Origin: Eledone cirrhosa
Taxonomy: Eukaryota
Direction of reading: 5' to 3'
Length of the DNA stretch: 64,000 bases
Assembly (NCBI GenBank): GCA_964016885.1
Contig: OZ024742.1
Span: 122,946,001-123,010,000, forward strand
This document shows, piece by piece, positions 13,961 through 29,248 of the stretch. Each line of letters opens with the position of its first letter. Position 1 is the stretch's first letter. The notes below the pieces were generated by a model. It made no database searches, was not told where the DNA came from, and saw nothing but the letters and a program-made list of their open reading frames with translations. Made by a program: the position numbers and the translations under genes.

Positions 13961-14346
13961 TCTTGTTGCAACAGATATGAAATTTCCCGATATAAGGTAT
14001 GACTCTCTTTGTTTATTTTTTATATGTATATGGATTGTTTGTTCTTGTATCTCATTCTGTTATTTTGCCTGAGAAAATATCTATATGTGTCATTAAGCGG
14101 TGCGCACATATGGTTATTTTTTCATATCCAATTGAATTATTAGCGCGTGGCTTGAATTCTTATCGGAATTCAACGACCTGCGCATGTCTTGTTTTGGCGG
14201 TAGTCTCCTTCCTCCTATTTTCGAGACAGTGTGAGATTTTCTTCAGAACTGCTGGACTAACAACATAGCAGCTCCCTCAAGCACTGATGGTGATTATCGC
14301 TAAATATTGATGTTTATTTGGTTATAAATATTAATATTATTGGGCA

Positions 14347-14469
14347 CCCACTGAAGAATTATAAGAGCCAACTTGAATAAGTATCTGTTGATCTTATACA
14401 AGCTTCTACATAATTTGGTATAATTTCACCCAACTTGTAGAAATCTCATAATGAAACGAGTCATCTGGG
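14347..14469 (+). ncRNA. Hammerhead-like motif with a branched ~95 nt stem II
   Basis: CUGAAGA 14351-14357, attataaga/tctcataat, GAAA CGAG UC 14453-14462, and ccca/tggg stem I with a 3-nt bulge. Confidence 0.5.
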
Positions 14470-14689
14470 AAGTGATATATGTGATATATCTCATATGAAA
14501 TGATAGAGCCAATTCTCCACACAATACAATATAGTTAGCACTCTGAACGTTTAATTAGGAATATACTCAGATATTTCCTAATGTTTGTTGAGTGAGTTGG
14601 AATTTGGCCGGAGTATCGCTATTAGCTTTCTCCGTTTATGTGTTTATATATATATATTTTGGAACGATCGACTTCCGTCAAATCGGACC

Positions 14690-14879
14690 GAGGAAGCAAT
14701 GTTTGCGTTGGTCTTTCCAGTTGCTAATACTATCTATCGGTCGCAACTCCAGGTAGAAGGAGCAACGTGAAATAAAGTGTTTTGCTCAAGGACATAACGC
14801 ATCACCTGGTCTGGGAATCGAAATCACAACCTCACGATTGTGAATTCAATTCTCTAACAACTCAGCCACGCGCCTTCAC
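14690..14879 (-). mobile_element. tRNA-derived SINE (family A, CORE-like central domain)
   Basis: Minus strand shows a ggcgcgtggctgagt A-box, a tttcgattccc B-box and gtccttgagcaaaacactttatttcacgttgctcc. Related copies lie at ~22650-22750, 32820-33035, 39785-39930 and 50140-50400. Confidence 0.8.
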
Positions 14880-14890
14880 ATATATATATA

Positions 14891-15871
<981 letters not shown>

Positions 15872-17541
15872 GCATACATACGTTTATACGAACTGGGCAA
15901 TACAATGAAGATGTACGAATAAACCTGTCTCTCTTATTTATTATATATATATGAAAATATACGGGATAATGTTCCAGCATTCAACTATGTGCGATTTTAC
16001 GAATATATATTTACACACACAGAAACAGACACACATTCACATGCAAACGCACACACTTTTAAACATGGACAAATTTTGCATAAGAAGAATAATAAACTTC
16101 CACTAATTTCAAAGAATACAACTTGCCAGTTGGAATCCGATATAATATTGCAGCAAGTTGCAACGTGCGTGCAGCGCGGCATTATTGTATCAGCACAACT
16201 GACTGAGCGAGCAACAGAGAAAGACTGAGGGTGTATTGTAGATGAGAGAGAGAGAGAGTAACGGAGAGGCAGAAGGAGAGAGAACGTGTGTGTGTGTGAG
16301 AGAGAAAGAGAGATGGGTATGAGAGAGAAAGGGTGTTTGTGGGAGTTTGATAAAGAGAGAGTGTGTGTCTGTGTGCATGTATATGTGTGTGGGCGGGTTC
16401 GCGTGTGTGTGCATGTGTGCATGTGTGTGTGTGTGTGTGCGGGTTCGTGCACGTGTGCGCGTGTGTATGAGTGTGCGTGTGCGCGTGTATGTGTGTGCGT
16501 GTGCATGTGTGTGTGTGTATGCGGGTTCGTGCATGTGTGTGCGTGTGTATGAGTGTGCGTGTGCGCGTGTGTGTGATTGTATCTGAGAGAGAGAGAGATG
16601 CAGGCCATAATAAAGATGGAGGAAGCGAGAGCTGTAGTGGCGCCATAGGCCGCCCGCGCAGCCGCATCTGCACCATGTAACAACAAACCAGCAATCACTA
16701 GTTCTACTGTCGTTCAGTTTATCCAACTTAGCGTCTACAACTAACTGAAGTTTTACTAGAGTTTTAAGATCAATTCCACTTATTAATGTATATTTTACAT
16801 CCAACAGAGTCTTATAATTGCACTGCTTTGCTAACTTTCTCTTGGGTCACTCATTTTGACTTTCATAAAACACTTCAAACATTGTTCTATTGATTTGTTG
16901 AATACTTCAGTGAAGATATGAAGAGAAGTGAAACAAGCTGGACCTATACTATCTATATTGATGATAGAAAAAGCTAGAAGGATTCAAACAACAGCAACAA
17001 CAAGCAATACAAACAAAACATTGTGAAAACAAATACAAAATTAATTAATAACAACATGGAACAAAGCTACAAACAAAAGATATGTGTAGAGGGAATCAAA
17101 ATCGAACGAGGCAAGAAAATATAAACAAAAAAAGCCAAATAATTGAAATGATAAAAACATGAAAACATATATAACAAATCGTGGAACAAGAAATTTACTT
17201 CGATTTTTTCTCGGACATTATTATAAATTTATTGCCTGTGTGCCTTTTAGGGTTACTCGTAAATTGGGAGACAATAGCGTCTGTAGTAGTTCTGTTATGC
17301 CTATTGTTTAACATTGTTTACACACCGTTATTGTTGTTGGTTTTCATCCCGCACACACTGCCCACTATCAACATCCCCCACCTTCTTTTTTCTTCGTGTT
17401 GCTGCTGCTCTTGTGACCAATACAGGTTGCTGAGGGTGGGCGTAGCTGATCCAGTGGAGCAATATATATATATATATATACATACACAGAGAGAAAGTGA
17501 GAAAATACATAAATACACAAATATATCTATCTTTCTCTCTC

Positions 17542-17576
<35 letters not shown>

Positions 17577-17668
17577 ACATACATACACACATATATATAT
17601 ATATACACACACACAGACATATATATACACACACACATATATATACACACACACCCACACACATATAT

Positions 17669-17724
<56 letters not shown>

Positions 17725-19001
17725 GGGGGGGGGGGTTAGAAAGAGAGAAAATACAAACATACACACGCATATCCACACGGACATTTATATGTGTACATAT
17801 ATATTTGTACATATATACAATGTATATATATATTTATATATATATATATATATTTATACAAAGTAAAGAAAAAGGAAAATAATCAAGAAAATATATAAAA
17901 GAGTAAAACAGGATGAACGGGCCAGTTGATGCGGGTGGCCTATACTATAGCAATCATATGATCAGTACAGAGAAAGACGAAAATAGTAGCAGTATCACAG
18001 AATATTGGGCGACATACAACTTTTTCATTTTCTTTTTTTTTTAGTTATCGATTTATTTCACTTATGCCTGCCATTTTTGTTATTCTTATTGTGAATATAA
18101 CAGTGATAGTATGTTTTCCTTGTACAGTTGTTGCTACTGTTGTGGTGTTGTGGCTGTTGTTGTTGTTGTTGTTGTTGTTGTTAGTAAAGGCGAAAAATCA
18201 TGGATTCCTTCCTATAAACATAGAATGTATTGTTTGCATGGATGGGAAATAGTCAACTTGATCCCATATATCTGTGTTCAGACATATATAAATCAAGCCA
18301 GTAGCAGGCGTATAAACAGAAACACGTACAAACATGCACACCACCGGATTAATATGATCACTATAATGCAGAAAAGTCTACATATATATATATAGAGAGA
18401 GAGAGATACGTGTATGTGTGTGAGAAAGAGAGAGCGATACAGTGTGTGTGAGTGAGAGTGAGTGAGACAGAGACAGAGAGAAAAGAGAGAGAGAGAGAGA
18501 GAGAGAGAATGAGAGAGAGAAGGAGAACGAGAGGAAGAATCTCGGTTCAAGTTATATAAAGAATTTGACGCGTTTAGATCTAATAAATCACTGTGAATGA
18601 AGAAGTAACTGAAACTGTTAAAATAAATACCCTCAAATTCTACATTTTACCCGCACCACAATACACACACATACACAAAATACACACACACACACACATA
18701 CATACACACCCATACACTCTCATACCCACCTCCATATATATATATATATATAATTGCTCTGGTATTCTTTTAGTCCATTGAGCGCTTGCCGCATATCTCG
18801 AGGATTGCGTTTCGTTTTGTTTTTGGCCCCCGCCGAAATACAATCTCGATGAAATTATATTTGTATATATATATATATATATATATATAGAACGTTGAGA
18901 AGTGACACACGAGATGATATGTATAATAAGAACAGTCGAAAATGCTTAATGGGATTTTCTCATAGAATAACAGCAAAATATTTATTTACAAAAAATGAAT
19001 T

Positions 19002-19048
19002 TATCGTACCGGTTTCAGCCAAAAGTGTTTTGGCTTCTTCGTGCTACA
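19002..19048 (-). ncRNA. Degenerate minimal hammerhead
   Basis: Minus strand reads acGAAGA AGCCAAAA cac UUUUGGCU GAAA CCGG UA: 8-bp stem II, palindromic stem III, C3/U4 decayed. Confidence 0.6.
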
Positions 19049-19230
19049 AGAATAATGGTTTACATATATGTAAAAATGAGCTTACATTTTCGTTTATCGC
19101 TTTCTCTCTCTCTCTGTCCTCCTTGGTGGTTTGAAAGAGAAGTTGCTTTGTTCTCTGTTCTTGTCCGACTGTTGTTGACCTCAACTGTAGTGGTAGTAGT
19201 GGTAGTAGTAGAGAGGGAGAAGGAGAGCGG

Positions 19231-19600
19231 GAAGAAAGAGAAGAAGAAGGAGAAGAAGAAGAAGAAGAAGAAGAAGAAGAAGAAGAAGAAGAAGAAGAAG
19301 AAGAATCATAGGAGAAAGGAGAAGAAGAAGAAGAAGAAGAAGAAGAAGAAGAAGAAGAAGAAGAAGAAGAAGAAGAAGAAGAAGAAGAATCATAGGAGAA
19401 AGAAGAAGAAGAAGAAGAAGAAGAAGAAGAAGACGAAGAAGAAGAAGAAGAAAAAAGAAGAAGAAGAAGAAGAAGAAGAAGAAGAAGAAGAAGAAGAAGA
19501 AGAAGAAGAAGAAAAAGAAGAAGAAGAAGAAGAAGAAGAAGAAGAAGAAGAAGAAGAAGAAGAAGAAGAAGAAGAAGAAGAATCATAAGAGAAAAAAGAA
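19231..19600. repeat. (GAA)n trinucleotide tract, ~370 bp
   Basis: Direct sequence, interrupted three times by gaatcata(g/a)gagaaa. Confidence 0.97.
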
Positions 19601-21974
19601 GACGAAAAAGAAAATGGGGGTGGCGTGGTAGTAATAGTAGAGTTGTGGATAAGATGGAAGGGAAAGATGAAAGAAGGGTAGAGGAAGTAGTAGGAGACGA
19701 CGGGGAGGTGCGGTAGTAATAATAACACTATTAACAATAATAAAAGGACTGACATAAATGGTAGAGTGACCTTAAGGTTGATTGAGAGAGTAATTGCTTC
19801 TAAATATATCTATCTTTCTTAGTATTTCTGTAGGTAATACTGGCATCCTTAATGTGTCCACTGGTGGTAAAAATTGACCTGAAGTGTGATTGTTTCTAAA
19901 TATATTTATCTTAGTATTTCTGTAGGGAAAACTGTCTTTCTTAATTTGTTCATTGGCGTTAATGTTGAGTGCTTGTTGCAGTTTCGTCTGTGGTGGATGC
20001 ATTTAAATAGGGTCCGTATTTAGTGATAAAGTATGATTCTTTACTAATTCGTAGAATGTAGAAAGCGTTCTCTTTAAATCATTCTGAAATTGGGTTGTTC
20101 ATTAGAGGCGCAGGTGGCAATGTGTTTACTCAGTACTATTTTTCTGTATTCCTGTATATTAATTCGGGATCTATGAACGGTTATACCTTGACCGAGACTG
20201 TTTTTAGTTTGTCCTATGTACTGCTCTGGACATCCTAAGCAAGTTAACACATATATCAGGTTTTCTGATGCCCATGTGGAATTGTATTTCAGTGTAAACA
20301 ATGTCCTTGTTTGAAGCAGAACTCTGATCTCTCTATTAGGTTGACGCATATACCACAGTTGGGTCTTCCGCATTTTTTTTACTGTTGGTTTCGTTGTTAT
20401 GGTTGACTGGACTTTGGCCTGTGTTAGGATAATTTTCATTGATTTGGGTTGTCTTTTGTTCTTTATGATGCTGTGAGTTTGATTGATTTGGTTCATTCTA
20501 TGATCCCTTTTTAATAAAGGGATGTTCTGGAGGATGGTGTCGAAGGCTACATTGTTAAGGTGATTATGTGTGGAGATGTATGGTAGGGCTTTCACTTTCG
20601 ATTCATTCTTTAGTTCTGGGTGTCTAAGATCCTGGATACTCAGTTTTAGGGCACGTTGGAATCGATGGTTAATTAGGGATGGTGGGTAATTCCTGCTAAT
20701 AATTGTGTCTTTTAGTTCTTGTAGTCGTATGTAACAGGTGTTTCTATCAGATACTATTGTACATATCCTTTTGCATAGGTTGTAAGGGATATTTATTTTA
20801 GCGTGTCTCGGGTGGAATGATTTGAATGTAAGGTATTGCTTGGAGTCTGTGGGCTTATAGTATATGTCTGTTTCTATTTTTTTCTTAGATTTCTTGATAA
20901 GGATGTAGAGGAAAGGAAGTTGTTGATGGCTGTATTCCATGGACCGTTTTTGTGCAGATGGTGGTCCCAGATTTCTGTCTGCAGAATTTGCCATTGAATA
21001 CGTAATAGTTATTCTCCAAGACAAATTTGAGCTCTTCTATAAAAAATTCACTTATGATGCGGTGTGGGAGTTCATTGGAGAAATGTTCCAGCCATAATTG
21101 GATATTGGAATAAAGGTCGACTACATCAAAAGACACACTAGGGTCATTATTAAGTGGTTTGGGGAGGGGTTGGGCATAGATTATAAGTTGTCCCTTATGT
21201 AGCTTTTAATGTGTTTAAGAAATTGTTTTAATAAGATATCAAGGAAGTTACTGAGGCGATGGGTGTCGCAAGCGGGGCCTGCTATTATAGGTCTTAATTT
21301 GAGGTCATTAGGTGAGGGGACATTGATGAATATAAATATATATATATATCCAAAATTAAATTAAGGGTGTCATGTCAGAGAGACATGCGCTATATCCACT
21401 GTAGAATATTCTCCATGTTTCACAGATCTGAGGCTCCGTTGGATATTATGTCCAATCATGACATCTTAGGAGATAAGCTGAGATTAAGGGTTTGATGACG
21501 GAACTGAACGAGAAATGAGTTTAAGTTTTCAGTTTAATTTTTTAATTTCTTAGATGTGTTTGATTAAATAAATCAGTGAAAACAACATTAAATATACACA
21601 TGAGTTTTCCGACACTGACTAAAAAATTAGTAAAATTTTGAATTCAGAGTCTCATATTTTAATGCTGCTGACTAATATTGTTTCGGTGACATCTAGATAG
21701 TTTTACGGATTTTCCTAACATACAGATTACATTTGTTCTCAACAAACTTTACAATATCAAATTTAAGTGATAGTCCACTGAAAATGACCCCTTTACCACC
21801 ATCTACTGTGTGACCGTCATGCCACGTTTGACGATGTTAGAATGTCTTGTTCTTTGCTTTTAGGAGAGACAGCTTCAGCTAATAGGACGGCTCATCTGTC
21901 GATCTCTATCCAATGCACTATAGATATTCCTAATATGTGAGAAAGGTAGGGATTAATTTGTTAAGAATATTTCA

Positions 21975-22530
21975 TCAGCTCATCTTTAACTGATCTTCAA
22001 AAATTATAGATCCAAATGGCTCTCTGGAATTTGATTTGTTGTCAGACGCATTCGATCCTCTGGCAGTAGCATATTGTGACTTGTGAAAGGGCCAGTGGTG
22101 GGTGCAATTATCTAGAGCATGGCATAGGCATTGGTAAGGATCAAGTAAGCAATCAATTAGGGAGTCTTTTTTCTTGTACACACCAGCATGACCGGACTAT
22201 TAGCTGAGTTTTCCCTGCTGTCTGGAAAATATTTTAAACGTTACCCATGCTTTCAATCATATTCCGGAATTTCCTCGTTAGTGGAGTTATATCGAGTTAT
22301 TGTTATAATATGTGAGAATGATTTATCCACTATGAACATATTATCTTGTATCGTTCTTATATTGAAAGCAAAAATAATGTGATTGACCAAATAACAGGCC
22401 TTATCTTCTCCGATCAACAATTTAGGCACTGCATGTACATGAATGTAAAGATGGGGATAGAAGTGATACCCCCAGTAAATTTGCATAACATCTGGAAATA
22501 ATTTCAAGCTCGACAAACCAGTTCTCTGGT
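21975..22530 (-). mobile_element. Probable highly decayed Ty3/Gypsy RT N-terminal relic
   Basis: Frameshifted pieces LKLFPDVMQ...HAVPK and NSPVMLV/KKKDSLIDCLLDP...HWP resemble the Gypsy consensus FPDVF...DAVP and SPMVVVKKP.G.LRICLDP...HYP. Confidence 0.4.
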
Positions 22531-23511
22531 TTTGAGTGGAATATTGAAAAGGTTGCTTACCCTCAATAGTCGAGGATGCTTGGAACTGGTTTTGGATTTC
22601 TTATTTAAATACATCACATACACGTTGAGTGGACTGTAGCAATGTAAACTCTAGAAATATCTTGACTTTATCAAGGACAAAAAGCATCGCCGGGAATCAA
22701 AATGATGACCTTCAGGTCAGCAGCAGACCAATTTAACCACTAAGCCTTCCCCGAGAAACTATTGTCTGAAGCTAGAAATTTACTTTATTTAGATATCTTC
22801 CTAAAGTCTTTTACTCAGATGACATTTTGAGCAAGGTTTAAGAAATGCATTTAGGAAATACAAATAATTGTACTTTACAAAATTTGATCTGACATCTGAC
22901 GCCACATGACTTGAATGTTGCTTGTATAATTATAATATGGAAAACATCATGTGTTATCTTATTTATTACGGGTGATGAGGCTTCAACTCAAAACACTAAT
23001 AATAATAATAATGAAATTATTGTGTACGGTGTTCAAGTGCACTACAACTCATCAAAGGTGCATGTATAGTACATAGAATAATGTACAAATGTCAGGAAAA
23101 TTAACAGTATACGAGTCATGAAATACATATGTGCGTGTGTATGGAGGGGGGACATCAGGTGTAGTGATGGCGAATCTCAGGAAGCATGGAGGTTTTAATG
23201 GCAGAAACTTTTTGGAAACACAATTGTGTCCCCGTGTGTCTCATACCGCATTATAATAATAACAAGGAAAATTTGTGTGCAGAGTGTGTCGTTCATGTAT
23301 ATTAAATGTTATTATCTATACTTATAATAACGTTTTATTTAATAATTCTACATAATGTATGAAAATGCATCGCGTGGAACACAGTTTATTGTGCACTCTC
23401 GTTGATAATTGCTCACGGGCGCATTCTTAATACATTTAGGGAAGTATTTATATGAAGTTTCATATGTATAGTTAAAATTGTATTTATTTTTGCACTCTAC
23501 TGAAATAACTA

Positions 23512-23750
<239 letters not shown>

Positions 23751-23771
23751 TGTAAATATGTATATGTATAA

Positions 23772-23958
<187 letters not shown>

Positions 23959-25224
23959 TATGTGTGTATTTGAATGAATTCATTTTTTTATATATTTTGC
24001 TATTGGCACATCGACCTGCACTTTTAGGAATACAGTATGTTTGCAAAAACACAATTGTATCTGACCTCTCATGGTATGCATGTAGGGGCTCCTACCTGTT
24101 TCTGAAGGTCGGCCAGCATTGTTTATTTCAATTTATTGCCGGGTGGAGGTGTGTTTTGATTGTCTACATGTTAGTTTACGAAATCATTTTCAATCATATC
24201 CGGGATGGGGATTCTTCAATCTCCTTTCTGTTTCAATAAGCCTGTTTCAGATACGCTTGGCTAGATCGTTGAAGTGTACAATATCTGGGCCCTGTTTATA
24301 TAATTTCTTATATGTTTTCACATCAAAAGGCTTTCCGATTACCCGCTAACTCGATTGTGCATGTATATATATTCATACTTGACAGACTCTAAGAAACCAA
24401 AATGAATATGATAAAGTTTCTTATTTTCCTTGTTGGATATTCTGCATTTTATACTGTTTTCAGGATATTTTCAGGACTTTGTTCTTATTATTGATTGTGT
24501 CAGTTAATGACCTTCGGCTGTCAAATTAATCTTTCCCTGTTTGGTATTAGTCAGACAATTGCGAGACATTGTTAAATTTCGTTTTAACAAATTTCTCTCT
24601 GTTAAAACATACATACGTATTGTCCACGATTAAAAACAAATCCAAATTGCTCACATGTGTTTATGCTTCAAGACGGATTGCATGCCAATAACAATATCTT
24701 GTACTATTGACAACTACAGGAAATCCATTTTATGATTCTGTTGATCAGATATCTGACTAATGAGGATGTGGAAAAAATACGTCAAGAAACTGCAGTTCTT
24801 TCTTTGAATTCCCCAACAATAAAATCGTTATAATTTCAACATATCTGGCGTTTCCTGTTTAATACGGCCTCGGGGATACTAGATACACGGTACAATTGAG
24901 GTCAATGAAACGACGCTTTTCCAAAATGAAATAAAAAATTTAAAAAAGCATTGCGAATATTTAATAAACCTATATTAATTTTCTAGGAATATTATTTCGA
25001 TATATTTTTTTTAATATTTCAAATGAAATAATTTTATATCTTGTTTAATAATGTATTTCACCTAAGTTCCTGATTTGATATAAACTGGTGTAAGCTTATA
25101 TTTTTAATACAAATTTTAAAAATCCATCGATCTAATTTAAAGCTCCTCAATTCGTTATCAATTAAAGTAATTTAATTAGAAAATGCGATAAAGAAGTCAA
25201 TAGTAAATAAGAATATAAGTTATT

Positions 25225-26500
25225 TTTAGAGTAGTGGTTAGGTACGTAATCATAAGAACGTCTGATAGATCGCTTTGCGGTATTCATTCCAAATCTCTGA
25301 GTGTAAATCGCAACGAGTTCAACTTTCCTTTTCATCCAGTATTGGGCCGATTCTACCACTATACCTCATTCTCCCTTCCTCTCTCTCACTTCTATCCTTC
25401 TTTGGAAGAAATTTGCTATGTTCAGATAGTGTAGCACTCACGGCGACGTTGGAGAGAATAAAAGTTGAGCTTTTCTAATCGACTCCAATAGTCAAGGCCT
25501 GTCATGCCATCTATCTTTTTTGTAATCGATTTGGGGTGTTGCAACTTTCATGATACTTTGTTTCGTGTGGGGAGACCACAGTGGACAACAATATTTAAGG
25601 TGGGGTCAGGCAAAAATGGAGAAGAGAAGGATAACAGTGTGGATATCTCTCGGCTGAAAGGTTTCGAGAATCCAGGAAAACATTCTGCGGGCCATGTCAG
25701 CTTTGCTGTTTATATGAGTGGCCCAACTTAGGTTGTTGTCCACAATTACTCCCAAGTCTCTTTTGTTGTTGGATGCCACTATAGTTTCACCCGAAGGAAG
25801 AGAGTATGGTAGTTTGAGTGCATCCTTTTTTCCAAAGTTGATTAATTCAAACTTATCCTCATCCAACAACATTTTATTCTTTTCTGCCCATTGGATAACA
25901 GCCAGTAGGTCTGACTGAAGGCAAGTCCGATCACCCACCTCATTGATGAATGTTTGGAGCTTGGAATTAACTGGGAAGATTCTTTTGTTGCTGTGCTTGA
26001 TGATTTCAGTAATGTCATTAATGTAGATGATGAAAAGAAGTGGGCCCAACGCAGTGCCTTGTGGGACTCCACAGCTGAATTTGGCAGGGCTAGATTTTAC
26101 TCCTTCGACTGCAACATGTTGGGTCCTGTCTGTCAGGAAACATTTGATCCACTGTATTAACTTTCCAGAGACACCACTATTGGATAGTTTTTTCAGTAGA
26201 ATCTTATGATCAACCCTGTAAAAGGCCTTGCTGAAATCAAGGTAGATGATATCAGTGTTGGAGCCCTCTCCGAAGGCTATCAAAACATCGTCAAAGTGAT
26301 GCAGGAGCTGCGTTAGGTAGTCCCTTCCATTACGGAACCCATGTTGGTTGGAGTTCAGCAAGCCGTTACTTTCAAGAAAGTGGGTTATTCGTGATCTCGC
26401 CATACTCTCAAATACCTTGGTAATATGAGAGGTGAGTGAGATCGGACGGTAGTTCACTGCAAGGAACTTATTTCCCTTTTTGAAGACTGGGACAGAAGGT
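25225..26500 (-). mobile_element. CR1/L2-group LINE, 5'-truncated RT fragment
   Basis: ORF 25606-26457 has NYRPISLTSHITKVFE, NQHGFRNGR, IIYLDFSKAF, GVPQGTALGPLLFIIYINDI and RDLGVIVDNNLSW. The catalytic FADD motif has decayed. Confidence 0.92.
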
Positions 26501-26653
26501 TTTCATATATATATATATATAAATATATGTGAAAGCTTAGTAAAATCGAAGCTTTGGCTGTGGGCAAGCAAAGTCGACCTACAATAGGAATGAGTTAGCA
26601 AAACTCTCAATAAGTGTAATAACTTACGTTTAAATAGCTTGACAAATTGAACA

Positions 26654-27015
<362 letters not shown>

Positions 27016-27136
27016 CTAGCCAACCAACTGAGAGTGAAGGGCAACCACGCTCTAAATATGTATGTAAGAACTAATAATTTATTTCCCCTTTTTATTATTC
27101 GTATAAATATGCAACTTAACTGCATTATGCACATCC

Positions 27137-27174
27137 GCAGTTGAAAAAGCATATAATGCTGAAACAGGCACCGT
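27137..27174 (+). ncRNA. Degenerate minimal hammerhead
   Basis: gcag uugaaaa AGCAU aua AUGCU GAAA CAGG ca ccgu. It lies in a ~300 bp segment between TA tracts. Confidence 0.4.
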
Positions 27175-27315
27175 TATTAAATGCGGAAATACCCACTTTA
27201 TACATAAATGTTTTGATTTTATACCGAAAAAATCTCTCCACCATTTTCTACTGAAATTTCTTTTTTTCTTTTTACTATTTGTTTATATATATCAACTCGT
27301 GTGTTACTTTTCTAC

Positions 27316-27378
<63 letters not shown>

Positions 27379-27762
27379 GCATCAAGTTAACCGAAACAAC
27401 TGAACAAACGACACAGTACAATGAAGAAATATATTAGTTTAATGCTGGATATAATAGGAAAAGTGTTTCATCAAAATATAGGGTGATAAATAAAATGTGA
27501 AATAGAAATGTAAAGTGTGAGAAGAGGAAGGAACGGGAAGAAAGGGGGAAAAAACAATCTTTCAGCCATTTTGGGGATACCTAATTGCATGTTGACAAAC
27601 GTACGATTACATTATTTCAACACTCAGATTTAGCGCGTGTTTGGTTATGTGATATATGACAGTTGATAGTTAGCTGGTCGTGCTTCTGAGTTAATAAATT
27701 CATTCATAGTGGTGTCTAGGAAATCCATTATTTATATGAAACATGTCTGTGTGTAAGAATAT

Positions 27763-27819
<57 letters not shown>

Positions 27820-28910
27820 GAGAGAGTGTGTGTGTGTGTGTGATACGTGTAAATATATATAAATACACACACATATACATATATATATATATATATATGT
27901 ATGCAGATATGCACTTACATACACACACATATATGTATATATATATATATATATAAATGGGTTTTGCGCGAAGGTGTAAGATATCAGCGTATATTTTCTT
28001 AGAAAAGTTATGGAAGTCATAAAAACATGTGTATAAGTCCCCACATACACTCATAAAGGCATGCATTTATTTGTTTGGCAAAAAACATATACCTCTATAA
28101 ATATTTTTTTTTTGCGTTATGTAAATATTATATGGCTTTATGTCAACCATTAAACCGACCATCGGCAATATTATCTGTTCTATTAAACGACCTATACTAA
28201 TCCTTACATGTGTGTGGCTGTACGTGTGTATGTGTTTGTATTTTTTGTTTGTGTGTTCGTATATGTGGATATCACCATTCGCTGAATTAAAAGCTTTCAG
28301 TGAAGGTAAAACAATGAAAATGAATCAATAAAACAGAACTCAAATACAGTATACCACCTTAATCTAACATGCTGCAACTTACACTAATTTTCCAATACTA
28401 AATTTCCCCACTTGTTTATTGTTTTAAGTGTATTATTTATTAGAATGTCTACCATTATCTAGAGAGTCAAATCTTCTACAGAGGCTCCCATGTGCGTCAA
28501 TTATCTTTGTGTTGTGATTAATTAGTTGCAGGCCATCTCTGTTTGAGCAGAACTGTTATCGCACTCATTCTATTCGTAATCATCCTATCTGTCTCTATAA
28601 AAATATATACAGCTGTATTAGTCAATGTGTAAACCTTTGTTTAAGATGTTTGAGTTAGCACTAATGACATCTGGTTGATGTTTCTAAGGTATAGCTTCCT
28701 CAACTGTCCCTTAATAACATTATGCCCTGATTATAAGTTCGTTCGCTTGTTATGTATAATTCTTTTATTTGTATGTATGCGAGTCTGCTTCACACTTTTT
28801 TTTGCTTATATGTGTACGTTCTTTGTTATGTGTAGGTTTATTTGTGTGTGCGTTTCAAATTGAGTACGTGTCTTGCGAATAAATTCATGTATATATATAT
28901 ATATATATAT

Positions 28911-29230
28911 ATGTGAATATAGACATAGAATATTCGAAAATATTCTGTATGTTTATAATAAACATTTTGAAGACCTAATCGCTATAGAATAGAATACGTC
29001 ACGTATTACAATTAGATTCTCGATAAAAGCAAGGGAAGTAATCTACGCGTTTCATTCTTGTTAGAAATCATCAGGACTACATATCCAGTGCTTTTATCGA
29101 GAATGACACAGCTAGAGACTTATAGAATACTTAGCTGTGTACAGGAACTGGTTTGAAAGAGCGGTTGCCGGTCCGGCAGAAATTAGAAATTGGAATAAAT
29201 GCTCTGAAATAGCGATATATATGTGAATAT
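28911..29230 (-). mobile_element. Retrozyme-like 310 nt non-coding unit (copy 1)
   Basis: Direct repeat atgtgaatat at 28911 and 29221 gives a period of 310. It contains an HHR and is homologous to 55885-56270. Confidence 0.7.
29016..29104 (-). ncRNA. Type I hammerhead ribozyme with extended stem I
   Basis: Minus strand reads GUAGUC CUGAUGA u UUCU aaca AGAA u GAAA CGCG UA GAUUAC, plus a perfect 16-bp distal stem I (29016-29031 / 29089-29104). Confidence 0.82.
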
Positions 29231-29248
29231 ATATATATATATTATATA

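Larger units (their letters stand above)
18950..21330 (-). mobile_element. Penelope-like element (RT + GIY-YIG), internally deleted, 3' region interrupted by a (GAA)n tract
   Basis: SFDVVDLYSNI, FVLENNYYVFNGKFCRQKSG, LPFL, TDIYYKPTDSKQYL..SFHP and NLIYVLTCLGCPEQYIGQTKNSL. A degenerate HHR lies at 19002-19048. The 3' boundary is approximate. Confidence 0.85.

Noticed and set aside
15997-16804. Long minus-strand ORFs with a GC-rich Ala-rich start
   Set aside because: Mostly (CA)/(CT) repeats with no recognisable domain or splice support.
18995-19588. Poly-Lys/Glu 197 aa ORF
   Set aside because: It is derived entirely from the (GAA)n tract.
24040-24350. Possible LINE 3' coding fragment
   Set aside because: Too decayed to assign by eye.
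27680-27755. GAAACAUGUC with an upstream hairpin
   Set aside because: No recognisable CUGANGA at the right position.
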